From positions 478 through 64,477 of the forward strand of contig DATLRA010000047.1 of assembly GCA_035534935.1 (NCBI GenBank): DNA of 64,000 nucleotides. Direction: 5' to 3'. The translations under genes and the position numbers were made by a program. The notes below the pieces were generated by a model that ran no database searches, was not told where the DNA came from, and saw nothing but the letters and a program-made list of their open reading frames with translations. Shown here piece after piece: positions 56,987 to 64,000 of the stretch (positions are counted from its first letter, which is position 1; the number at the start of each line of letters is the position of its first letter). Source of the stretch: Candidatus Binataceae bacterium (GTDB taxonomy: Bacteria; Desulfobacterota; Binatia; Binatales; Binataceae).

Positions 56987-57739
56987 TTATAGCCGCGGCC
57001 TTGGACTCGCCGCCTGCGATCGAGCTTCGCAGCCGGGCGCGGCCGGATCAAGCAGGCTCCAGAGTTGTGCCGCCGGCACCTCGGCGACGATCGCATGGCC
57101 GAACAGCGCCGCGAAGCGCGCCGCGATCGCGGAGCCGATTGCCTCGAGCGTGACGTCAGGGCGGCCGAGCGCGGCCATCGAGGTCATCTGGCAGCCGTCG
57201 ATGCCGCACGGCACGATCGTGTCGAACCAGGCAAGGTCGGTCGCGACGTTGAGCGCGAAGCCGTGCAGCGTGACCCAGCGGCGGATCCCGACGCCGATCG
57301 ACGCGAGCTTGCGCGGATTCATCCATACGCCGGACGTCCATACGCCAGTCATGCCGTCGCGCCGCCCGGCCGCGATATCGAAATGTGCCAGCGCATCGAT
57401 GATCGCCTGCTCAATCTTGCGCAGATAGCGCAGCACGTCGCGCTCGGCGCCTTCGAGCTTGATTATCGGATAGCCGATCAGTTGGCCCGGACCGTGATAG
57501 GTGACCTGTCCGCCGCGCGACACGCGATGCACCGCGACGCCCGGGACGTGCCGCGTGATGAAGCTCGCATCGGCGCCGCGACCCAGCGTGAACACATGCG
57601 GATGCTCGAGCAGCACGAGCGTGTCGCCGATCGCGTTGGCGAGGCGCGCCGCGACCATCGCCTGCTGCAGCGCGAGCGCGTCGGCATAATCGACGACGCC
57701 GAGCCGCGCAATGTTCAACGTATTGCCGCCGTCGCTCAC
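56987..57739 (-). CDS. lipB: lipoyl(octanoyl) transferase
   Basis: LEHPHVFTLGR, RGGQVTYHGPGQL and the KLASIGV catalytic Lys context. Confidence 0.9.
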   Translation of the reverse strand: MSDGGNTLNIARLGVVDYADALALQQAMVAARLANAIGDTLVLLEHPHVFTLGRGADASFITRHVPGVAVHRVSRGGQVTYHGPGQLIGYPIIKLEGAERDVLRYLRKIEQAIIDALAHFDIAAGRRDGMTGVWTSGVWMNPRKLASIGVGIRRWVTLHGFALNVATDLAWFDTIVPCGIDGCQMTSMAALGRPDVTLEAIGSAIAARFAALFGHAIVAEVPAAQLWSLLDPAAPGCEARSQAASPRPRL

Positions 57740-57791
57740 CCGCTCATAATCCTGTCGCCCAGCCGATGCTTCGAGTCACGATCGCACCGGG

Positions 57792-59231
57792 TCAGAAGTT
57801 GATCGCCTCGCCTTCCGCCGCGAGCGCCGCTTCCATGATCGTTTCCGACAGCGTGGGATGCGGATGGACGCTGCGGCCGAGTTCCGCCGTGGTGGTCTCG
57901 AGCGTCTTGCCGAGGACGATTTCCGAAATCAGATCGGTCGCGTGATAGCCGATGATCTGGCATCCGATGACCTCGCTGTATTCTTTCGTCGCGACGATCT
58001 TGACGAAGCCCTCGGTCTGATTGATCGCGATCGCCTTGCCGTTGGCGCGAAACGGAATCTTGCCGACCTTGACCTCGATACCGCGGGCCTTGGCGTCGGC
58101 CTCGCTCAGCCCGACCATCGCGACCTCCGGCTCGCAGTAAATGCATCCGGGTAGCGCCAGCAGGTCGAAGCCCGGCTCGCGCACGCCGGCCATGATCTCG
58201 ACCGCCGCGATCCCTTCCGCCGACGCCTTATGCGCGAGCAGCGGCGGCCGGCCGACGTCGCCGATCGCGTAGATACTCGGGCAGGTGGTACGGAACGAGT
58301 CGTCGATCTTGATAAAGCCGCCGCGCTCGAGTTCGATGCCCGCCTGCTCGAGCCCGAGATCGCGGCTGAGCGGACCGCGTCCGACCGCGACCAGCACCGC
58401 CTCGGCCTCGATCGATTTGGCGGTGCCGCCGGCGTCGAGCGCGATCGTCCAGCGTGCCGCCGCGCCGCTACCCTTGCGCGCCATCGATTTGTAGCCGTGG
58501 CCAAGCATCAGGTTGACGCCGCGCTTGACGAAGGATTTGCGCAGCTCTTCGGCGACTTCGGCGTCGAAGCCGGGCAGCATCTGCTTTTCCAGCTCGACGA
58601 TCGTGACCTTTGCACCAAACGCCTGGTAGAAGTAGCCGAACTCGGCGCCGATCGCGCCCGCACCGATTATCACGATCGACTCGGGCACCCGATCGTAAAT
58701 CAGCGCCTCGCGGCTGGTCATCACGCCGTCGCCGATCGTCATGCCGGGGAAGAGCTTCTCGCCCGATCCGGTGGCGAGCAGAATGCGCTCGGCTTCGATC
58801 GCTTCGGCCTGCGGCGCCGGCTTGCCCGCCGCCGGGCGCAGCGCCACGGTATGCGGTCCGGCGATCGCCGCGGCGGCCTCGATATAATCGATCTTGTTCT
58901 TGCGCAGCAGGAAGCGCACGCCCTTGGAGAGCTTGTCGGCGGCCTCGCGGCTGCGCGCGATCACGCGCTTGAAGTCGAAGGTCACGTCGCCGACCTGGAT
59001 ACCGTGCTCCTTGCCCGCCCCGCGGATCGACTCCATCGTGTCGGCCGAATTGAGCAGCGCCTTGGACGGGATACAGCCCCAGTTGAGGCACACGCCGCCC
59101 GGCTGATCGCGCTCGATCACCGCCACCCGCATCTTGAGCTGGCTCGCGCGGATCGCCGCGGTGTAGCCGCCCGGTCCCGAACCGATCACCACCAGGTCGT
59201 ACCTTGCGTTAGCCAAGTGTAACTCCTTCAC
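57792..59231 (-). CDS. lpdA: dihydrolipoyl dehydrogenase (E3)
   Basis: GSGPGGY FAD motif, redox disulfide CLNWGCIPSK and a C-terminal HPHPTLSE. Confidence 0.95.
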   Translation of the reverse strand: MKELHLANARYDLVVIGSGPGGYTAAIRASQLKMRVAVIERDQPGGVCLNWGCIPSKALLNSADTMESIRGAGKEHGIQVGDVTFDFKRVIARSREAADKLSKGVRFLLRKNKIDYIEAAAAIAGPHTVALRPAAGKPAPQAEAIEAERILLATGSGEKLFPGMTIGDGVMTSREALIYDRVPESIVIIGAGAIGAEFGYFYQAFGAKVTIVELEKQMLPGFDAEVAEELRKSFVKRGVNLMLGHGYKSMARKGSGAAARWTIALDAGGTAKSIEAEAVLVAVGRGPLSRDLGLEQAGIELERGGFIKIDDSFRTTCPSIYAIGDVGRPPLLAHKASAEGIAAVEIMAGVREPGFDLLALPGCIYCEPEVAMVGLSEADAKARGIEVKVGKIPFRANGKAIAINQTEGFVKIVATKEYSEVIGCQIIGYHATDLISEIVLGKTLETTTAELGRSVHPHPTLSETIMEAALAAEGEAINF

Positions 59232-59285
59232 CCGGCGCGCGGGCGCGCGCCGCCGCGCGGCGGCCGCGTCTTGCGCCGTTCATCG

Positions 59286-60923
59286 TCAGACCAGCAGGCT
59301 GGCCGGATTTTCGAGGAAGCGTTTGATCTCGTTGAGGAACCGTGCGCCGATCACGCCGTCAATTATGCGATGGTCGCAGGCCACCGTCATCATCATGGTT
59401 TTGCCCACGGCCAGTTGGCCGTTGCGCACCACCGGCCGATCCTTGATTGCGCTCACCGCCAGGATCGCGGCCTGCGGCGGCACGATCACCGCCGCGAAAT
59501 GCTCGACCCCGAGCATCCCCATGTTGGAAATCGTGAAGGTCGCGCCCGACAGATCCTCCGAGGTGAAGCCGCCGCGCGCCGCCTTGGTCACCAGGCGATG
59601 CGCCGCGCCGGCGATTTGCGGCAGCGTCAGCCGCTCGCATTCGTGGATCACCGGCACGATCAACCCGTCCTCGACCGCCACCGCCATGCCGATATTGATA
59701 TGCGGAAAGATCACGATACCGTCGTCCTGGTAGCTCGCGTTCATCCGCGTGTAGCGGCTCAGCGCCAGCGCCGTCGCCTTGACCACGATATCGTTGTAGG
59801 TGATGTCCTCTTCGAACAGTTCGGTCGCTTCCAGCGAGCTCTTGAGCTTGACCGACTCCTCCATGTCGATTTCGACCGTCACGTAGAAGTGCGGAATCTC
59901 GCGCTTGGACTGGGCCATCCGCAGCGCGATCGTCTTGCGCATCTTCGAGAGCTCTTCGCGGGTTCCCGGCATGCCTTCGCGCGGTGCGATCAGCCGGCGG
60001 AATTTGAAGAGCTGCTGCTCGCGCACGTAGGTGTCGACATCGCGCTTGGTGACGCGTCCGTCGGGGCCCGAGCCGGTCACCTGGCCGAGGTCGATTCCAA
60101 CCTCTTCGGCCGCGCGGCGCGCCAGCGGTGACGCGCGCAACTTGCCGCCCTCGCCATGCGTGGCCGGGACCGACGACGCCGGCGCGGCGACGGCCAGCTC
60201 GCGCGCAGGCGGCGGCGCGGGAATCGAGGTCGGCCCAGCCGATCGCACGCCGCTCAGGGCCGGATGGAATTCGTTTGACGGCGCCCCGACGTTATCGATG
60301 ATCGGTCCCGCTCCGGCGCTCGCGCCGTCCGCCTCGCCGTCGTCTGAATCTTGTGCATCTTGTGCATCTTCCGCCTCGGCCGACGACTTCGACGAAGGCC
60401 GATTGATGCGCCCGGCCTTGGCCGTCGCGTCCGCACCGCCGTTGGCGCCCCGGCGGCGCCGCGCCGCCGGCCGCAGCATGGTCGCGCGGCCACCCGCGTC
60501 ACCGGTCGCGGTTTCGCCCACGCCGGTCGCGTCCGACGCGTCGGCGGCATCGCCCGCTGCGCTGGCCCCGCGCTCCTCGGCCGGCATCACCGGCGTCGCG
60601 GCGGCCACCGCTGCGTCGTCGCCGTTGGCCACGTCAATCGGAGCAGCCGGGGTGCCGCGCGAGGCCGCGCTGCCCGCGGCGGCGCCCTTGGCGCGCAACA
60701 CCGCGATCACCGCGCCAACCTTTGCGCTCTCGCCCTCCTTGAGCATGATCGCGTCGAGCACGCCCTCGTCGAACGACTCCATCACCATGTCGGCTTTGTC
60801 GGTCTCGACTTCCGCGATCGCGTCGCCGTGATGGACTTCGTCGCCCGGATGCTTGAGCCAGCGCAGGATTTTGCCCTCCTCCATCGTGTCAGAGAGCTTG
60901 GGCATGGTGATTTCGTTACTCAT
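59286..60923 (-). CDS. dihydrolipoamide acetyltransferase (E2) with one lipoyl domain and a long acidic Ala/Pro linker
   Basis: Lipoyl-Lys context VETDKA, a PSBD (ASPLARRAAEEVGIDL) and a catalytic domain with DHRIIDG. Confidence 0.9.
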   Translation of the reverse strand: MSNEITMPKLSDTMEEGKILRWLKHPGDEVHHGDAIAEVETDKADMVMESFDEGVLDAIMLKEGESAKVGAVIAVLRAKGAAAGSAASRGTPAAPIDVANGDDAAVAAATPVMPAEERGASAAGDAADASDATGVGETATGDAGGRATMLRPAARRRRGANGGADATAKAGRINRPSSKSSAEAEDAQDAQDSDDGEADGASAGAGPIIDNVGAPSNEFHPALSGVRSAGPTSIPAPPPARELAVAAPASSVPATHGEGGKLRASPLARRAAEEVGIDLGQVTGSGPDGRVTKRDVDTYVREQQLFKFRRLIAPREGMPGTREELSKMRKTIALRMAQSKREIPHFYVTVEIDMEESVKLKSSLEATELFEEDITYNDIVVKATALALSRYTRMNASYQDDGIVIFPHINIGMAVAVEDGLIVPVIHECERLTLPQIAGAAHRLVTKAARGGFTSEDLSGATFTISNMGMLGVEHFAAVIVPPQAAILAVSAIKDRPVVRNGQLAVGKTMMMTVACDHRIIDGVIGARFLNEIKRFLENPASLLV

Positions 60924-61024
60924 TGCAGACCCTTTGCGTGTATCACTCGCGCACGCGCAGCATTTGGCATCGACGCTCCGGGGAGCCGGCCGTGGCCGCC
61001 TGGGAGACTGAGGCGAACCCGCGC

Positions 61025-61999
61025 TCAGACCATGCGTTCGGCGACCTTGACGATATCCGCCGCGCTCGGCAGCGCCGCCTTTTCGAGCTTCGCGTTATAC
61101 GGAATCGGCGTGTCGAGCGTGGCCACGCGCTCGACCGGCGCGTCCAGATCGTCGAACGCCGCCTCGTAGATCTGCGCCGCGATTTCGGCGCCCGCGCCGC
61201 CCGTGCGCCAGCCCTCGTAAACCACCATCGCCTTGCCGGTCTTCTTGACCGATTCGATAACCGTCGTGATATCGAGCGGATTGAGCGTGCGCAGATCGAT
61301 CACCTCGGCGTCGATTCCCTCGTTCTCGAGCGCCTCGGCCGCCGCCATCGCGTCGTACACGCACTTCGAGTACGAGACGATCGTCACGTCCTTGCCCTCG
61401 CGCGCCACGCGGGCCTTGCCGAGCGGCACCAGATGCTCGCCGTCGGGCACTTCGCCCTTCACTCCGTAGAGCGATTCGTGCTCGAGAAAGATCACCGGGT
61501 TGTCCTGCCGGATACAGCTCTTGAGCAGCCCCTTGGCGTCGGCCGGGGTCGCCGGAATCGCGACGTAAAGGCCCGGACAATGCAAAAAGTAGGCTTCGAG
61601 GCTCTGGCTGTGCTGCGCGCCGAGCTGATGGCCGGCGCCCTGCGGCGCGCGGATCACCAGCGGCACCTTGGCGTGCCCGCCGAACATGTAATGGATTTTG
61701 GCCGCATGGTTAACGATCTGATCGAGCGCCAGCAGGCCAAAGTTGATCGTCATCAGCTCGACGATCGGCTTGAGCCCGCCCATCGCGGCGCCCACGCCCG
61801 CGCCGACGATCGTCAGCTCGGCGATCGGCGTATCGCGCACGCGCTTTTCGCCGTAGACCGCGAGCAGTCCGTCGGTCACCTTGAAGGCGCCGCCGAAGTA
61901 GCCGACCTCTTCGCCCATGATAAACACGCGCTCGTCGCGATCGAGCTCTTCACGCAGCGCCTGGTTGAGCGCCTCGCGATAGGTTATCAGCGCCATCAA
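61025..61999 (-). CDS. pdhB: pyruvate (2-oxoacid) dehydrogenase E1 beta subunit
   Basis: Transketolase-like Pyr and C-terminal domains (GEEVGYFGGAFKVT...). Confidence 0.95.
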   Translation of the reverse strand: MMALITYREALNQALREELDRDERVFIMGEEVGYFGGAFKVTDGLLAVYGEKRVRDTPIAELTIVGAGVGAAMGGLKPIVELMTINFGLLALDQIVNHAAKIHYMFGGHAKVPLVIRAPQGAGHQLGAQHSQSLEAYFLHCPGLYVAIPATPADAKGLLKSCIRQDNPVIFLEHESLYGVKGEVPDGEHLVPLGKARVAREGKDVTIVSYSKCVYDAMAAAEALENEGIDAEVIDLRTLNPLDITTVIESVKKTGKAMVVYEGWRTGGAGAEIAAQIYEAAFDDLDAPVERVATLDTPIPYNAKLEKAALPSAADIVKVAERMV

Positions 62000-63018
62000 C
62001 GCGCCCCCAGGTTGTCGGCGTAAACGTATTTGCCGAGCTCGTCGATTGACGGCTCGGGGCTCTCCTCGGCGTACTTCACCGCGTCGTCGATAATCGCCGT
62101 GACCTCGACCTCGACCGCGTCGAGCTGCGCCTCGGTGGCGCGCCCGTCGCGCGTCAGCTTGCGCCGCAGGCTCTTGATCGGATCGCGCTCCTGCCAGATA
62201 CGCTCCTCGCGCTTGGATCGGTATTCGGCCGGGTCGGACATCGAATGGCCGCGGAAGCGATAGGTCACTGCTTCGATCAGCGAGGGACCATCGCCCTCGC
62301 GCGCGCGCGCCGCCGCCTCGAGCGTCGCCGAATGGACCTCGAGCACGTCCATCCCGTCGACCCGCACGCCGGGCATCTTGTAGGGCTCGGCGAACTTGTA
62401 CAGCTCTTCCTGGCAGATCGCGTTCTGCACCAGGGTGCCCATGCCGTAGAAATTATTTTCGCAGATGAAAATTACCGGCAGCTTCCATAGCGAGGCCATG
62501 TTGAGGCTCTCGTGGAACGCGCCCTGCGGCAGCGCGCCGTCGCCGAAGAAGCAGCAGACCACCTCGGGGTCGCCCTTGTAGCGCACCGACAGGCCGAGAC
62601 CCGCCGCCAGCGGCAGGCCGCCGCCGACGATCGCATAGCCGCCCATGAAGCGCAGGTTGGCGTCGAACAGATGCATCGAGCCGCCATGCCCGCGCGAGAG
62701 CCCGGTCGCCTTGCCGAACAACTCCGCCATCACCGCGCGCGGCGATACGCCCTTGGCCAGGCAATGGCCGTGCTCGCGGTAGGTCGAGAGCACGTAGTCC
62801 TTGTCGTACAGTGCGCTGATCGCGCCGACCGCGACCGCCTCTTCGCCGGCGTACAGATGACAGAAGCCGGTGATCTTGCCGCGGCTATACATCTCGGCGA
62901 CCTTGTCCTCGAAGCGCCGAATCAGGACCATCCGCCGATACAGATCGAGCAGTTGGCTTTCGGTCATGGTCAACCGGGCCCGCTCGGCGATAAGTTTGTC
63001 TCGTTCCAGGGCCATCAA
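61996..63018 (-). CDS. pdhA: pyruvate (2-oxoacid) dehydrogenase E1 alpha subunit
   Basis: TPP-binding motif GDGALPQGAFHESLNMA...NN. 4-nt overlap with pdhB. Confidence 0.95.
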   Translation of the reverse strand: MMALERDKLIAERARLTMTESQLLDLYRRMVLIRRFEDKVAEMYSRGKITGFCHLYAGEEAVAVGAISALYDKDYVLSTYREHGHCLAKGVSPRAVMAELFGKATGLSRGHGGSMHLFDANLRFMGGYAIVGGGLPLAAGLGLSVRYKGDPEVVCCFFGDGALPQGAFHESLNMASLWKLPVIFICENNFYGMGTLVQNAICQEELYKFAEPYKMPGVRVDGMDVLEVHSATLEAAARAREGDGPSLIEAVTYRFRGHSMSDPAEYRSKREERIWQERDPIKSLRRKLTRDGRATEAQLDAVEVEVTAIIDDAVKYAEESPEPSIDELGKYVYADNLGAR

Positions 63019-63185
63019 TTACACCCTCCGCGCCCATGCGGCGCCAATAAGCAATAAAACACTAACGCAATAATCGCGATAGGGTAAGCGCGCTCCGCCT
63101 GATGCGTACACACGATCACGCGCGGCCGGGCTACGGGCGCCTGCCTATGCGGCACGTGGCGCACGATCGCGCGCGTCGCGGCGCG

Positions 63186-63812
63186 TCAAAATAATTTGCT
63201 CTGCGCCGCCTGCCGCACCGGCGCGAACGATCGCCGATGAATTGGCGTCGGTCCGCGCGCCGCCAGCGCCGCAAAATGTTCGGCCGTGCAGTAGCCCTTA
63301 TGCCGCGCGAAGCCGTAGCCCGGGTATTGCGCCTCATACTCGAACATCAGGCGGTCGCGCGTGACCTTCGCGATGATCGACGCCGCCGCGATACAAAAGC
63401 TCTTGCGGTCGCCGCCGACGATCCGGGTCTGCGCCAGCTTGAGCCCCGGAATCCGCCGCCCGTCGACCAGCACGTGATCGGGCACCCGCCCGAGCGCCGC
63501 CACCGCGCGCTCGCTCGCCATCATCGCGGCCCAATAGATATTGAGTTCGTCGATCTCGCCCGGTCCGGCGAGGCCGACGCCAACCGTCAGCGCGAGCTCG
63601 CGAATCAGGGGATAGAGCGCCTCGCGCCGCTCATGCGTCAATTGCTTGGAATCGTGGACGCCCTTGATGAAGGCCTCGGGCGCGAAGATCACCGCCGCCG
63701 CGACCACTGGCCCGGCCATCGGACCGACGCCGGCCTCGTCGACTCCGGCAATCGCCTCGAGCCCGCTCTTCCACAGGCGCCGCTCATAGCGCAAGTCCGG
63801 CCGCTTGGTCAT
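63186..63812 (-). CDS. rnhB: ribonuclease HII
   Basis: GVDEAGVGPMAGPVVAAAV, DSKQL and a catalytic Asp context (HVLVDG). Confidence 0.9.
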   Translation of the reverse strand: MTKRPDLRYERRLWKSGLEAIAGVDEAGVGPMAGPVVAAAVIFAPEAFIKGVHDSKQLTHERREALYPLIRELALTVGVGLAGPGEIDELNIYWAAMMASERAVAALGRVPDHVLVDGRRIPGLKLAQTRIVGGDRKSFCIAAASIIAKVTRDRLMFEYEAQYPGYGFARHKGYCTAEHFAALAARGPTPIHRRSFAPVRQAAQSKLF

Positions 63813-63890
63813 CCACCGCCCCCGCCAATCCAGCGATACGCCGCCGCCGCACGATCGCACTCGCGTGCGCGCGCGGCGCGCCGTTCGATC

Positions 63891-64000
63891 CTACGCCAGT
63901 CGTTTCAGGCGCGCCTGCCGCAGCATCTCGGCCACCCGATCGGGATCGGGAATGTCCATCATCCGAATCATGAAGTCGGCGCTCGCCGCCGACGCGATCC
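63891..64000 (-). CDS. 3' end of an unidentified gene (continues beyond window)
   Basis: Hand translation of the minus strand gives ...FMIRMMDIPDPDRVAEMLRQARLKRLA-stop. Too short to assign. Confidence 0.3.
   Translation of the reverse strand, partial: IASAASADFMIRMMDIPDPDRVAEMLRQARLKRLA

Overview
High-GC, Gram-negative-type chromosomal segment (Mla outer-membrane lipid system and a secretin are present). It is densely packed with housekeeping genes, and many long ORFs in the track are GC-driven antisense artefacts.

**Left third, 1-20 kb**
- trxB 3' end and an RCK-gated K+ channel.
- A HlyD/ABC/ABC-2 efflux set and an NfeD-SPFH pair.
- A galT-like - glgA - rnhA operon, then lon.
- Small metabolic genes, followed by a divergent pair encoding a DUF3857/transglutaminase protein and a GloVer-repeat protein.

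**Middle, 20-28 kb**
- A lower-GC hicBA toxin-antitoxin cassette.
- A six-gene tetrapyrrole operon on the minus strand: sirC - ccsA/hemX-like - hemA - hemC - cobA/hemD fusion - hemB.

**Accessory block, 28.1-40.0 kb: a Tad/Flp pilus locus**
- Gene order: DUF192, flp1, flp2, tadG-like, flp3, tadE, cpaB, cpaC, cpaE/tadZ, cpaF/tadA, tadB, tadC.
- It ends in a strong terminator and abuts the 3' end of tRNA-Asn(GTT).
- It contains about 1.5 kb of unusually AT-rich non-coding spacers.

**Right third, 40-64 kb**
- trmJ-like gene, a phosphoesterase, VOC/HAD enzymes and a large secreted TPR protein.
- Methylmalonyl-CoA epimerase, a CPA2-USP antiporter, dienelactone hydrolase and a TPR-SH3 lipoprotein.
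- cofC, a contiguous mlaEFDCA operon, a pdhA-pdhB-E2-lpd-lipB-lipA supra-operon, and rnhB.

**Most interesting signals, all read directly from the sequence**
1. The tad locus has five prepilin-like substrates but no prepilin peptidase.
2. flp1 and flp2 encode an identical 34-residue core that differs at 14 synonymous sites and no non-synonymous sites. Their leaders and promoters are unrelated, and flp1 lacks the canonical start codon.
3. sigma-54-type -24/-12 elements lie upstream of flp2, the tadG-like gene and tadE. The first two are each preceded by the same TGTTGC-N6-GCAAC dyad.
4. A perfect 19-bp tandem duplication sits in front of tadE.
5. A nested-palindrome REP-like element occurs twice, each time immediately 3' of a minus-strand stop codon.

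I found no CRISPR array, integrase or transposase. I did not find a clearly novel multi-gene system beyond the atypical tad locus and its predicted regulation.
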